A program made the position numbers and the translations under genes. Source: an uncultured Candidatus Saccharibacteria bacterium (lineage in GTDB: Bacteria; Patescibacteriota; Minisyncoccia; Phycocordibacterales; UBA9973). From it: a stretch of 64,000 bases of DNA. The stretch covers positions 47,809 to 111,808 of the forward strand of contig CAZGNC010000003.1 in NCBI GenBank assembly GCA_964527235.1. Direction: 5' to 3'. Under the pieces are notes generated by a model. The model was given only the letters and a program-made list of their open reading frames with translations, did not search any database and was not told the DNA's origin. Within the stretch, counting starts at the first letter, position 1, and each line of letters opens with the position of its first letter. Shown piece by piece: positions 46,123-55,414 of this stretch.

Positions 46123-47673
46123 CTATTCGAATTCTGTGGTCGCTGGAGGTTTAGGTGTGAAATCGAAAAACACTCTAACCACCTTAGGATGCCGTGCGAG
46201 TGTGCTTATTATTTCTTCGCACACTTCTTGAGGTAGATAAAATCCTTTAACTGTCATAAAGTCAGTAGTTTCTACTGTGCGCACTACCATAGAATAACCA
46301 TACACTCTACCATCGCCTTTGACCCCTACGGTCTTAGTGCCTAAAAGTGCGACTATTGTCTGCGAAATCTTTTCATATAAATTATGTTTCTTTAATATCT
46401 CCATAACAGCATCATCGGCTTCTCGTACGATTTCTAACAACTCTGCTGTCACTGGTACGCCCAACACCCGCAAATAAAGCCCAGGGCCCGGGAAAGGCTG
46501 ACGTTTCGATACAAGTTCGTCTAGGCCAAATTCATGTGCAAAACCTCGAACCTCAAATTTAAAATAATCAGCCAGAGGAGTAATTTCCTTAAACCCTAAA
46601 TCAAGGTCAACATTATGATGAGTTTTTATCAAAGCGCTCTTGCCGAGACTCCCCGACTCTATCAAGTCAGTAGCGAGCGTGCCCTGAATCATGTGAGTCG
46701 CCCCGTAAGACTTGGCTACATCTTTAAAGACTTCTCCGTAGACTTCTCGAAATCTGGCGCGCTTCTCCTCAGCATCTACGGTGGTGCCGATACTCTGGAT
46801 AAATTTATCTTTGTACTTGCTGATAACCTCTAGATTTATCTTTGCTTTCTTGGCGATAGCCTGCACCTTCTCTACTTCGCCCTTACGCATGCCACCAGTA
46901 TCAATAAAAAATGCTTTGAGTCTTTCACCTAGAGCTGGGGTAAGTATTGCCGCGAGCGCGGTAGAGTCCACCCCACCAGAAACTCCGATAATAGCCACTC
47001 CATCACCTAAAACATTTTTAGCATTCTCTTGAATTTCTTTTATAGCATCCTTGGTGAAATAATCTTTTTCACATCCACAAATAGTACTGACAAAATTATT
47101 TAAAATAATATTTTCATCCCTAGTTTCCTCCACCTCAGGGTGAAATTGCACTGCATACAGCTTGCGCTCACTAGATTCTATTGCTTCGATCACACTACCT
47201 TCTTTTGAAGTTGCAGTAACGACAAACCCTGCTGGAGGCTTCTTAACTGAATCCCCGTGAGAAGACCAAGCGTCTATCTTGTCTTTCAGCCCTAGAAAAA
47301 GCTCACTAGATTGATCTTGCGCAAAATTAACTTCTACTGGACCGTATGATTTACCAGAGAGTTCTTTGTGCACTGTATCTTTTTCATGCACATACGCCAT
47401 CCACTGCATGCCATAACAAATGCCGAAAATAGGCACGTTTAGGTTTAAAATTTCTTTATTTATTTCTGGCGCATCTGCATCATACACACTAGAGCTACCT
47501 CCAGAGAGAATTATACCCTTAGGTGTATATTCAGTAATTGCAGACATCAACTCGGCTGGTGGAACAATAGTCGAATGAAAACCCAAATACCGCAAACTTC
47601 GTCTGATAATTTGCGTGTATTGAGAGCCTAGATCAACTATTAGTATTTGTGCTCTCGGCTTTGCTTCTGACAT
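46123..47673 (-). CDS. guaA: GMP synthase (glutamine-hydrolysing)
   Basis: N-terminal class-I GATase (Cys in GICYGMQ, HPE), PP-loop GVSGGVDS, C-terminal dimerisation domain. Confidence 0.9.
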   Translation of the reverse strand: MSEAKPRAQILIVDLGSQYTQIIRRSLRYLGFHSTIVPPAELMSAITEYTPKGIILSGGSSSVYDADAPEINKEILNLNVPIFGICYGMQWMAYVHEKDTVHKELSGKSYGPVEVNFAQDQSSELFLGLKDKIDAWSSHGDSVKKPPAGFVVTATSKEGSVIEAIESSERKLYAVQFHPEVEETRDENIILNNFVSTICGCEKDYFTKDAIKEIQENAKNVLGDGVAIIGVSGGVDSTALAAILTPALGERLKAFFIDTGGMRKGEVEKVQAIAKKAKINLEVISKYKDKFIQSIGTTVDAEEKRARFREVYGEVFKDVAKSYGATHMIQGTLATDLIESGSLGKSALIKTHHNVDLDLGFKEITPLADYFKFEVRGFAHEFGLDELVSKRQPFPGPGLYLRVLGVPVTAELLEIVREADDAVMEILKKHNLYEKISQTIVALLGTKTVGVKGDGRVYGYSMVVRTVETTDFMTVKGFYLPQEVCEEIISTLARHPKVVRVFFDFTPKPPATTEFE

Positions 47674-47676
47674 AAT

Positions 47677-47886
47677 TTATATGCCTAAATCATTAAGTGT
47701 GCTGTTATAACTACTGAGGAAAGATGGTATAACAAAAATCAAACCTATCAAGGGCAGCACCACAGCTATCACTGTAACCCATATAATCGTTAGGAAATAT
47801 TTTCGAGTTTTCTCTACTGATTTGTATATTGCATCGAGCTTGGCATCTTGCTCGGCTAACTTTTGTTGTAATTCTGCATCTATCAT
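47677..47886 (-). CDS. small membrane protein
   Basis: 69 aa, one TM. Confidence 0.35.
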   Translation of the reverse strand: MIDAELQQKLAEQDAKLDAIYKSVEKTRKYFLTIIWVTVIAVVLPLIGLIFVIPSFLSSYNSTLNDLGI

Positions 47887-47887
47887 T

Positions 47888-48436
47888 TTAGTCTTCTTTG
47901 TTATAGAAATGCGCTACAAGAGCAACAGTAATAAGCCCAACAAACATAGTTAGTGCAAGCATTGGCAATGATATATAACCACCGAATTCATGCACTAGTT
48001 GCTGGTAACATGAAACTCCTGACGCATCACAAGGTTTGTTTGACATATCTCCCCCAAAGTAATACACAAAGTTCTGATACACCGAAACCAGGAATCCAGC
48101 AGAAAGTATTGGCAAAACATACTTAACTATCTTTCTATCTTTCACCCAAATAGCCGTACCGAAAATAAATACTAGAGGGAAAGAAAATACTCTCTGATAC
48201 CAACACAAATAACAAGGTACAAAGCCAACTATCTCTGAATAAACTAACGAGAAAAGAGATGACGTTAGAGTAATAATAAAACCAAGATTAAGATAATGCT
48301 TGTCGATGAAAGCCAAGTAGGCATTTTTCTTTGGACCGATGAAGAGCAAGAATAGTGCAATAACTGAAAGCACTTGCAAAATAATCGCCCCACTTCCTAG
48401 TAAAACGTTGAGATAATGTACTGTAGTTGGTGTCAT
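47888..48436 (-). CDS. dsbB: disulfide bond formation protein B (BdbC-like)
   Basis: Four TM helices; PCYLCWYQR and CxxC-like Cys pairs. Confidence 0.7.
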   Translation of the reverse strand: MTPTTVHYLNVLLGSGAIILQVLSVIALFLLFIGPKKNAYLAFIDKHYLNLGFIITLTSSLFSLVYSEIVGFVPCYLCWYQRVFSFPLVFIFGTAIWVKDRKIVKYVLPILSAGFLVSVYQNFVYYFGGDMSNKPCDASGVSCYQQLVHEFGGYISLPMLALTMFVGLITVALVAHFYNKED

Positions 48437-48440
48437 AGAT

Positions 48441-48833
48441 TTATTCTGGCAATGTACAACCAGTTTTAGTTGCTAATTCTGCTAACTCAATTTCCCCAGT
48501 TGCACGTGTGCCATCTGGGAATTCCCAAGTTGGGTAACTAGATACACCTTTAGTAGTACATTCAGGTAGCTGAGACTTACCATCAAGAGTAGAACACTCT
48601 ACGTAAGGTAGAAGCTTCGCTGAAGATCCGAACATTTTCTTTTGGGCTTGGCAGTGAGGACACCAGAAAGCTCCATAAAACACTGCGCCCTTGTCTTTGA
48701 GACATTGAGCCAAAACATCATACTTACCAGGAGTAGAGGTCCTGCCTTCGTTAGCCCGCAATACCACCATCCCTACGACACCCAAAATCAGAATACCTAT
48801 GACACTAATGAAAATCTTTACATTATTATCCAT
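48441..48833 (-). CDS. membrane-anchored thioredoxin-fold thiol-disulfide oxidoreductase
   Basis: FWCPHCQ active site; adjacent to dsbB. Confidence 0.7.
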   Translation of the reverse strand: MDNNVKIFISVIGILILGVVGMVVLRANEGRTSTPGKYDVLAQCLKDKGAVFYGAFWCPHCQAQKKMFGSSAKLLPYVECSTLDGKSQLPECTTKGVSSYPTWEFPDGTRATGEIELAELATKTGCTLPE

Positions 48834-48914
48834 AATTTAAGAATTAATTTGATAAAAACCACCCCCGCTTATAACCTCAAAGCGGGACTTATAAACCCAG
48901 TATATCACAAGATT

Positions 48915-49286
48915 CTAGAAAATCCTTGGTAGAAAAATGATGGCTCCAATGACAACGGCTACTATGGTGGAGATCAGAACAGCAGCAGCAGCCACGTCCT
49001 TGGTATCACGTGCATAAGGGTGAAATTCAGGTGAAGTTAAGTCTATGTCTATCTCTATCGCGGTATTCAGAGTTTCAGTGATAATGACCAAACCAATAGC
49101 GAAAACCAACAACACCCATTCAATACTAGTGATACGAAGGATGACACCTAGATAGATAGCTAGTAGACCAAAGAATATATGCCCCCACATATTGTGAGTA
49201 GTCTTAAGCAGAACGCCCAAACCTCGCCAAGCATGCGTTGCGCTTTTTATCCTAGCTATAATTGAAAATCTCTTGTCGTCTTTCAA
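48915..49286 (-). CDS. dgkA: diacylglycerol / undecaprenol kinase (DgkA family)
   Basis: Three TM helices; ETLNTAIE motif. Confidence 0.75.
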   Translation of the reverse strand: MKDDKRFSIIARIKSATHAWRGLGVLLKTTHNMWGHIFFGLLAIYLGVILRITSIEWVLLVFAIGLVIITETLNTAIEIDIDLTSPEFHPYARDTKDVAAAAVLISTIVAVVIGAIIFLPRIF

Positions 49287-49295
49287 GGCAGTATT

Positions 49296-49766
49296 CTATT
49301 CAACAACTAAAGTACCCTTCATTCCCATAGCTCGGTGAGAACCGACTGAGCAGTAGTATTCGAAGCTTCCAACTTTATCTGCTGTAAATTCTAATACTTC
49401 TGTGGTTGGTGCATTTGTCTGCTTGGTTGCTACTCCGTATTCATCTATAACCCAATCATGAAAACCTTGAGTGTTATTGAAAGTAATTTTAACCTTATCT
49501 CCTTTTTTAACTTTTATTGAAGATGGATTGAAAGCATAGTTAGAACCTGAAACAGTAAATTCTTTCACCTCTTGTGTTGAGCTTGTTTCGGCAGTGGTTT
49601 TAAGAGATACATTAGCATCAACTAAACCAACATCATCATTAGGCTCTAATTCTAGACTCTTAGTATCTACTACTGGGGCTTCAACTTTCTCTTCACCTTG
49701 CATAAAAAACCAACCACCCGCCACAAGTAAAACCAAAACTATTACAAATATAAGTAGATTTTTCAT
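49296..49766 (-). CDS. cupredoxin (blue copper) domain protein, membrane-anchored
   Basis: H...C..H..M ligand pattern (FEYYCSVGSHRAMGM). Confidence 0.65.
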   Translation of the reverse strand: MKNLLIFVIVLVLLVAGGWFFMQGEEKVEAPVVDTKSLELEPNDDVGLVDANVSLKTTAETSSTQEVKEFTVSGSNYAFNPSSIKVKKGDKVKITFNNTQGFHDWVIDEYGVATKQTNAPTTEVLEFTADKVGSFEYYCSVGSHRAMGMKGTLVVE

Positions 49767-49834
49767 ATGATTTATCTTAAAAATTTAACCTAATAAACAC
49801 TGTAGAAATTATACCACAACACAGCACAAACAAC

Positions 49835-51052
49835 CTATTGGTACTGTATATAGCTCGGCTGGGGTCTGAGCTTGAGAAGCTCCTCTGGAGTCATCATAGG
49901 TATACTAGGGTTAACTGTTTTAGTACCAGGACCCCATAGATCATTCTTATAGAACAATTTGAAACCTGTAAATTGCACTGGCTCTTTGTACACGAACTGC
50001 TGATATGTATTCTTCTTCTTAGCGGCTCCTCCCCAACCATCCATATGCATAACTATCTGCACTTCAGGAAGTGGCTTTATCAGCTCTGAATTAGTGAGCA
50101 TCTTTTGGGTATAGCGATGAACTACGAGAATCTTCGGTGTTAAATTATTTTCTTTAACAATTTTCGCCAAGTATTCTGCCGCGAAGTTCACGTCTGATGC
50201 ATCATAAGTACCGACAACTTTCCCAGGACGAATACCAGTCTTCATTGAAAATTCTGGGTCCATACCAAAATGCACGTTTGGTAATTTTAAATATTTCTCA
50301 AGTAGTGGTAGCTCAGCTTGAATAGTAGAGAAGCCCACCTGCACATCTAAAAAGACAAGTGCATTATGCCTCTCGGCCATCGCGATAACTTTATTTATTT
50401 CACTCTCAGGCATGCGTGCACGATACTTGCCGTCAGCACCAGCGCTTCCCTGCGCCACTACTGCTATGTAGTGTAATGCCGGTATCGCAGGAGTCTTAGG
50501 GTCTGCGGTGTTCCATTTCAGAACTTCAGCATCAAGCCTTCGCAACATTTCGTCTTCTTCATACTCTCCAAGAACACCCATTTTCTTAGAGTATAAATTC
50601 CCGTAGTAAGCAATAATTCTATTGAAGGGCAGAAGCGCTCCAGCATTGGGATAGACTTGTTTTACTGGCCAGAGGTTAGGTGGTAGGGGCTTAGGCTCTA
50701 CAGTCACTGTGGTTTCTACTCCTGTCTGCGGGTCTTTAACTACCTTTGTTACTGGTGGTGGCGGAGGTGGATTGTTTGCCATCTCGAGCATTTTCTTGTC
50801 ATAAGCAACTTTATCTAGCGGAGGAATAGTTTTCTTCTCAGGCTCTATTATTTTCTTCACTACTTCCTTACCCTGCTCGTAGGTAACCTTGCCAATCCCG
50901 AACATACTAGTGAAAAAGAAAAAGAATACGAAAAAAATAAAAAACCAAAAATGCGGAGTTCTGATAACCTGTTTAAATTCTTGGTGTATATGTTTAGGCA
51001 TTTTATGATTTTGCTTCTGGATAAGTATAGAGATAAAACCCTCGAAGCGCAA
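49835..51052 (-). CDS. membrane-anchored hypothetical protein (possible TIM-barrel glycosidase-like domain)
   Basis: N-terminal TM, Pro-rich linker; weak resemblance only. Confidence 0.3.
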   Translation of the reverse strand: MRFEGFISILIQKQNHKMPKHIHQEFKQVIRTPHFWFFIFFVFFFFFTSMFGIGKVTYEQGKEVVKKIIEPEKKTIPPLDKVAYDKKMLEMANNPPPPPPVTKVVKDPQTGVETTVTVEPKPLPPNLWPVKQVYPNAGALLPFNRIIAYYGNLYSKKMGVLGEYEEDEMLRRLDAEVLKWNTADPKTPAIPALHYIAVVAQGSAGADGKYRARMPESEINKVIAMAERHNALVFLDVQVGFSTIQAELPLLEKYLKLPNVHFGMDPEFSMKTGIRPGKVVGTYDASDVNFAAEYLAKIVKENNLTPKILVVHRYTQKMLTNSELIKPLPEVQIVMHMDGWGGAAKKKNTYQQFVYKEPVQFTGFKLFYKNDLWGPGTKTVNPSIPMMTPEELLKLRPQPSYIQYQ

Positions 51053-51077
51053 TCAAGATCTTCGGGTAAAAAAATAT

Positions 51078-52406
51078 TTACATTTTTAGCACCTCGCTTG
51101 CTGAGATACCTTTAGGATAAATGACTAAATCATCTTTATGCTTTTCGAAATAATTCTGCACCACATCTAGAATTCGCCAAGTCTCTATCACCTCCTCACT
51201 TGAAGTAAATAAATTGTGATCCCCTCTAATAGCGTTGAAAAGCACCTGCTCATACGCCTCAGGTAAATTCTCATAATATTCTTTAAAGTGGAAATGCAGT
51301 TTATGCTTGCTGACTTGGTGCTCGAGCCCAGGCTTCTTCGCCCACATGCTGAACTCTATCCCGGCATCAGGCTGGATACGAAGAAGTAGTTCGTTGGATT
51401 CGTTTTCTTGGTCTTTTTTATAACAAATCCTGATAGCAGTAAGTCGCTCGTCGAGAGCCTTACCTGTAGAGAGCGTTATCGGCACACCCACCCATCTCGG
51501 GTCACTAGAAGAAACTTTCAAAGAAATAAAAGTCTCTACCATGCTTCTCGGATTATCGACTTCTTCTCGGTAGCCTTCGTACTGCCCACGAGTGATGCAT
51601 TCTTTATTATTTAAATCACAAACTATCTGCATCTGACTCAATGCTCGAGCGCGAAGCTTGGGTACTTCATTTAAGTCCTCTGTGAGCTCCATCAGCGTCA
51701 GCGCTGCGAGCTGAAGCAGGTGGCTCTGCACCACGTCACGCAGAGCTCCTGTCTGCTCATAGAAATTCCCCCGACCTTCGACGCCGACTTTCTCGCTTGC
51801 GATGATTTCGATGCTTTCGATAAAATCTTTATTCCAAGTTTTCTTGAACAATGAATTACCAGCACGAAACACTATGATGTTCTGCGCTATCTCTTTAGCC
51901 ATGTAGTGATCTACTCGATACACCTGATCTCCCGAAAAGTACTGGTCTACATGTCTTGCGAGATCTACCGCACTTCCTAGATTCGTACCGAATGGTTTCT
52001 CGAGGAGAAGCTTGGTGTTGGGCACTTTCGATAGGTTTGATTTCCCGAGGAATCCTACTATTGATTTCGCCACCAAGGGTGGAGTAGAAAGATAGAACAC
52101 TCTATCTCCCGGTGCACCAAACTTGCCTTCTAACTCCTCTAGATACTTGCCGAGCTTTTCATATGCTTGGGAATCTTCTACGTCCATCGAATAGAGATGC
52201 ATCTTTTCTGTTAGATATTTCTTGTTGTTAGTTTTGCCGAGCAAGCTATCAATCTCAATGCCAGACTGACGAGTGATGCCAACTATTTCGAAATGCTCTG
52301 GCAACATGCCGGCCTGTGCTATCTCACCTATCGCAGGCAAAAGATAGCGCTTGCTTAGGTCGCCTGAGACTCCGAAGATTATAAGTATTGCTGGTTGTGT
52401 GTTCAT
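51078..52406 (-). CDS. zwf: glucose-6-phosphate 1-dehydrogenase
   Basis: IFGVSGDLSKRYLLPAI NADP-binding motif; DHYMAKE active-site motif. Confidence 0.9.
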   Translation of the reverse strand: MNTQPAILIIFGVSGDLSKRYLLPAIGEIAQAGMLPEHFEIVGITRQSGIEIDSLLGKTNNKKYLTEKMHLYSMDVEDSQAYEKLGKYLEELEGKFGAPGDRVFYLSTPPLVAKSIVGFLGKSNLSKVPNTKLLLEKPFGTNLGSAVDLARHVDQYFSGDQVYRVDHYMAKEIAQNIIVFRAGNSLFKKTWNKDFIESIEIIASEKVGVEGRGNFYEQTGALRDVVQSHLLQLAALTLMELTEDLNEVPKLRARALSQMQIVCDLNNKECITRGQYEGYREEVDNPRSMVETFISLKVSSSDPRWVGVPITLSTGKALDERLTAIRICYKKDQENESNELLLRIQPDAGIEFSMWAKKPGLEHQVSKHKLHFHFKEYYENLPEAYEQVLFNAIRGDHNLFTSSEEVIETWRILDVVQNYFEKHKDDLVIYPKGISASEVLKM

Positions 52407-52410
52407 GAAA

Positions 52411-53313
52411 TTATTTATTTATTTTATGTCCGCCAAATGCGTTACGCATCGCTGCAAGAAGCTTGGTCGCGAAATTCGTTTTACCTTTTTGTGATTCTAT
52501 ACGCACATCAAATGCCGACTGCATGGCTGGAGTTTCTATATTGAACTCTTTCGCAACTTCGAGCGCCCAGCGAGCCTCGCCCGACTCTGCGACGAAACCA
52601 TCGATACCTTCGAGTTCGGGATTGTCTTTCAATGCATCGCGAGTAAGCTCGTTGAGCCAAGAAGTCACCACGCTGTGATGTTGCCAGACATCGCCGGCTT
52701 TGTATAAATCTATATTCTTGTATGGACCTTCTTTGAGAAGTCTGTAACCTTCAGCCAGAGACTCCATCATGCCGTACTCGATGGCATTGTGTGTCATCTT
52801 TACGAAGTGGCCTGCGCCACTCTCCCCAAAGTGATGATATGCGCCTTCTGGGAGAGACAATGTTTGGAAAACTTTTTCTACTTTTTGGAAAGACGCTTGG
52901 TCCCCGCCTATCATCATCGCGAAACCATTCTGATATCCCCAGACACCGCCACTAGTACCGACGTCTAGATAATTCACTCCTTTAGCTTTTGCCTTTTTCT
53001 CTCGCTCTTGGGTCAAACGAAAATCAGAATTACCACCATCAATTATGATACCGCCTGGTGGCACCAAGCCAAGCCAGAGATCAAGCTCTGTATCCATACT
53101 CTCAGCAGGTAGCATGAGCCATAGAACAACGGGGTCGCCGTTGAATGCAGATATTACTTCTTCTTTAGTATAAGCGCCTTGTGCACCTAAAGCCGTAACC
53201 GCATCTGTCGTTTCTTTCGTGCGACTATGCGCGATAACTTCAAAGCCCCCTTCTTGAAGCTTCTGTGCTATCTGCTTGCCCATCTTACCTAACCCTACAA
53301 CTGCTATTTTCAT
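52411..53313 (-). CDS. gnd: 6-phosphogluconate dehydrogenase (decarboxylating), short YqeC/GntZ-like form
   Basis: MKIAVVGLGKMGKQIAQ Rossmann; 6PGDH C-terminal pattern. Confidence 0.8.
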   Translation of the reverse strand: MKIAVVGLGKMGKQIAQKLQEGGFEVIAHSRTKETTDAVTALGAQGAYTKEEVISAFNGDPVVLWLMLPAESMDTELDLWLGLVPPGGIIIDGGNSDFRLTQEREKKAKAKGVNYLDVGTSGGVWGYQNGFAMMIGGDQASFQKVEKVFQTLSLPEGAYHHFGESGAGHFVKMTHNAIEYGMMESLAEGYRLLKEGPYKNIDLYKAGDVWQHHSVVTSWLNELTRDALKDNPELEGIDGFVAESGEARWALEVAKEFNIETPAMQSAFDVRIESQKGKTNFATKLLAAMRNAFGGHKINK

Positions 53314-53315
53314 AA

Positions 53316-53978
53316 TTATTTATTGTGATCACTAAAAATTGTTAATACTGGGACCTTCTTCAACACTTGCGCGGGCTGTATGCTGATGCTCTCTTCATTT
53401 TGCAAGCTCTCTATCACAGGCCACTTATCTTCACCAAATGCGAACACAACTGCTTCATCTAACTTCTCTATAGCTTTCGGCGTCATGGTGATGCGTTCGA
53501 ACTTCTCGCTCTTGTAGTAACACGCGTAGTCAGTAGAATCTACCGCAATACTTCCCGGCAATATCCCCGCAGTATGACCATCAGTACCAACACCGAACAA
53601 CCCTAGCTTGTAAGAATCTTTCGCAAACTCTGTCTCAAGTATAGTATTAAATTTTTGCACTGTCATTGCCTCATTCTCACCGGCGAGCACGGGAACAAGA
53701 TTGGCCCCAGGAAGCGAAAAATCTTTCCCTACAAGCTGTTGCCAGTTTGAATCTGAGTGCCCAAATTCACCGTACCTTTCGTCAGTTAGGGTGACTGTTA
53801 AATTTTCTAGATCTTTCCCTTGTAGAAGCTCGGCTACTCGCACCCCAACTAAAATCGAAGAACCTCCAGCTAGGAAAAGAAGTACAGGCTTACCAGCACT
53901 CAGATTGCTAGTTATAGAATGAGCAACGAATGTCGCCGTGTCTTCAATGCTCGAGCCAGTACGTATATCTAAATTCAT
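53316..53978 (-). CDS. pgl: 6-phosphogluconolactonase
   Basis: NagB/Pgl fold; FLAGGSS motif; clustered with zwf and gnd. Confidence 0.75.
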   Translation of the reverse strand: MNLDIRTGSSIEDTATFVAHSITSNLSAGKPVLLFLAGGSSILVGVRVAELLQGKDLENLTVTLTDERYGEFGHSDSNWQQLVGKDFSLPGANLVPVLAGENEAMTVQKFNTILETEFAKDSYKLGLFGVGTDGHTAGILPGSIAVDSTDYACYYKSEKFERITMTPKAIEKLDEAVVFAFGEDKWPVIESLQNEESISIQPAQVLKKVPVLTIFSDHNK

Positions 53979-54018
53979 AAAGGAATTCTAACACGGAAAG
54001 TGTTTTTAAATATTGATA

Positions 54019-54046
54019 TTGAAATTTTAGAGAAAATATGTATAAT
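54019..54046 (+). promoter_or_regulatory. sigma70 promoter TTGAAA-16-TATAAT for cassette 8
   Basis: TTGAAA 54019-54024, TATAAT 54041-54046. Confidence 0.5.
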
Positions 54047-54092
54047 AATAATTAGCCACAGTTCCCCAACCCGCACATCGGAGGACGCGTTC

Positions 54093-54362
54093 ATGAAGGT
54101 CGCATTCCAAACAAACCGCGGAGTCAAGGCTGGAGATAGAGTCCAGGTCATTGACGCAGGAAAAGTCGTTGATACTGGAAGAGTCCTCGGTGTCGACCAA
54201 GCAAAACTCAGACTACAGAGCGACACAGGATCGACAACCGAGTTCGGCTGGTTCCAAACCCTCGGCAAGTGGAAGATGTTATTCGAGGACGAGGAGAAGG
54301 GTCAGTGGTTCGACCCCGATGCTTTCAACTACGACATCGTGCCTGAAACCACGGCCGTCTGA
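54093..54362 (+). CDS. GC-rich cassette 8: 89-aa small protein MKVAFQTNRGVKAGDRVQVIDAGKVVDTGRVLGVD...
   Basis: SD GGAGGA 8 nt upstream of ATG 54093; terminator 54384-54430. Confidence 0.45.
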   Translation: MKVAFQTNRGVKAGDRVQVIDAGKVVDTGRVLGVDQAKLRLQSDTGSTTEFGWFQTLGKWKMLFEDEEKGQWFDPDAFNYDIVPETTAV

Positions 54363-54383
54363 TCAAGACGTCGCATCGCCCCA

Positions 54384-54430
54384 GAGCCCCCGCCGGCACC
54401 AGCCAGCGGGGGCTCGAATTCTTTTATTTC
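54384..54430 (+). terminator. terminator GAGCCCCCGC...GCGGGGGCTC + T-run
   Basis: 10-bp GC stem followed by gaattcttttatttc. Confidence 0.7.
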
Positions 54431-54849
54431 AAATTTTTATTATATCTTTCGATACAATCATTCAGCATACCCAACTGCTCTTCACTCAGATCTCCTGTCG
54501 CGTGAGCTTCTACTATTTTATGAATAGTTAAATCTCTGTTGAAACTAACATCTAATTTAAATCCCTGCCCCGCTTGAACCAAAGAATCTGGGACATCACC
54601 AATATTACCCCATCCTATAATTTTCCCCGTGCTATCCATATAGCCCTTGGCTGTAGCACAAATATAAATACCTCCTGATTCGGTTTGGGCATGACCGGCA
54701 TTCCCGCCCATGGATTCTTTCAACAACAACTCTTGCATCTCCCCAGCCATCATTTGTAAATTATGAGCAACCAGAGCATCCTTGTTCCCTCTTTCTAAAC
54801 TTCTTGATCCTTCATGCATATGATCATTATAGCAAGAAATCAGAATCAT
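54424..54849 (-). CDS. hypothetical protein
   Basis: 141-aa ORF with native (low-GC) composition, lying between cassettes 8 and 5. Confidence 0.35.
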   Translation of the reverse strand: MILISCYNDHMHEGSRSLERGNKDALVAHNLQMMAGEMQELLLKESMGGNAGHAQTESGGIYICATAKGYMDSTGKIIGWGNIGDVPDSLVQAGQGFKLDVSFNRDLTIHKIVEAHATGDLSEEQLGMLNDCIERYNKNLK

Positions 54850-54905
54850 TTACTTAGCTATACAAAAGTGGTAATTTTATAAACGAACCCGTTCCCGGAG
54901 GAGTT

Positions 54906-55058
54906 ATGGCTGCGAAGAAGAAGACCGTGCCTTACTGGCGCCGTCTGCAACTGAGGCGTCAGGCGGAATTGACCAGAAAGAAGGCCAAGGCCAAGCCGAA
55001 GAAACGTAAACCACAGCGCCGACTCGTCGCCGTGATCTACGTGTACGAGTACCGCTGA
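54906..55058 (+). CDS. GC-rich cassette 5: 50-aa highly basic peptide MAAKKKTVPYWRRLQLRRQAELTRKKAKAKPKKRKPQRRLVAVIYVYEYR
   Basis: SD GGAGG 5 nt before ATG; terminator at 55083-55119; not in the ORF track (under 60 aa). Confidence 0.4.
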   Translation: MAAKKKTVPYWRRLQLRRQAELTRKKAKAKPKKRKPQRRLVAVIYVYEYR

Positions 55059-55082
55059 ACACCGCGGTATTCGATGAGGGAA

Positions 55083-55119
55083 GAGGGGGCGCTCCGCGTC
55101 CCCTCTCTTTGTTTGATTT
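55083..55119 (+). terminator. terminator GAGGGGG-cgctccgcgt-CCCCTC + CTTTGTTTGATTT
   Basis: GC hairpin plus T-rich tail. Confidence 0.6.
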
Positions 55120-55243
55120 AAAGAGAAATTTGTATTATTGTAATGAGACCATGGTTAACTAGTCTAATGGTGGGAATGAAAATTAATCTGCTTTAATTTT
55201 CATCCGGTTCTGTAAGAAATTGCTGTTATTTTGTAAGCAAAGC

Positions 55244-55314
55244 TGGGAGATCGTCTAATGGTAGGACATATCCCTCTGGAGGATATTATCTTGGTTCGAG
55301 TCCAAGTCTCCCAG
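55244..55314 (+). tRNA. tRNA-Gln (anticodon CUG)
   Basis: Manual fold: acceptor UGGGAGA/UCUCCCA with the U1:A72 typical of bacterial tRNA-Gln, U8, D-stem GUCU/GGAC, anticodon stem UAUCC/GGAUA with loop CU-CUG-GA, T-arm CUUGG-UUCGAGU-CCAAG, discriminator G. Confidence 0.75.
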
Positions 55315-55353
55315 CTTTGGCTATAAAATTAGCAATAGGAGAAGGAATCTGGA

Positions 55354-55376
55354 GGATGAACTCCAAGTCTCCCAGC
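55354..55376 (+). repeat. direct repeat of the tRNA-Gln 3' end (TCCAAGTCTCCCAGC) 40 nt downstream of the tRNA
   Basis: 15-nt exact match to 55300-55314, preceded by similar gagga context; att-like remnant. Confidence 0.6.
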
Positions 55377-55414
55377 AGTTTAGTAAAGTATTGAAGGACC
55401 TAGAGAGGTTATAT

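Noticed and set aside
55354-55376. A full second tRNA gene downstream of tRNA-Gln
   Set aside because: Only the 3'-terminal 15-23 nt are duplicated. No acceptor, D or anticodon arms are present, so it is an att-like partial repeat and not a tRNA.
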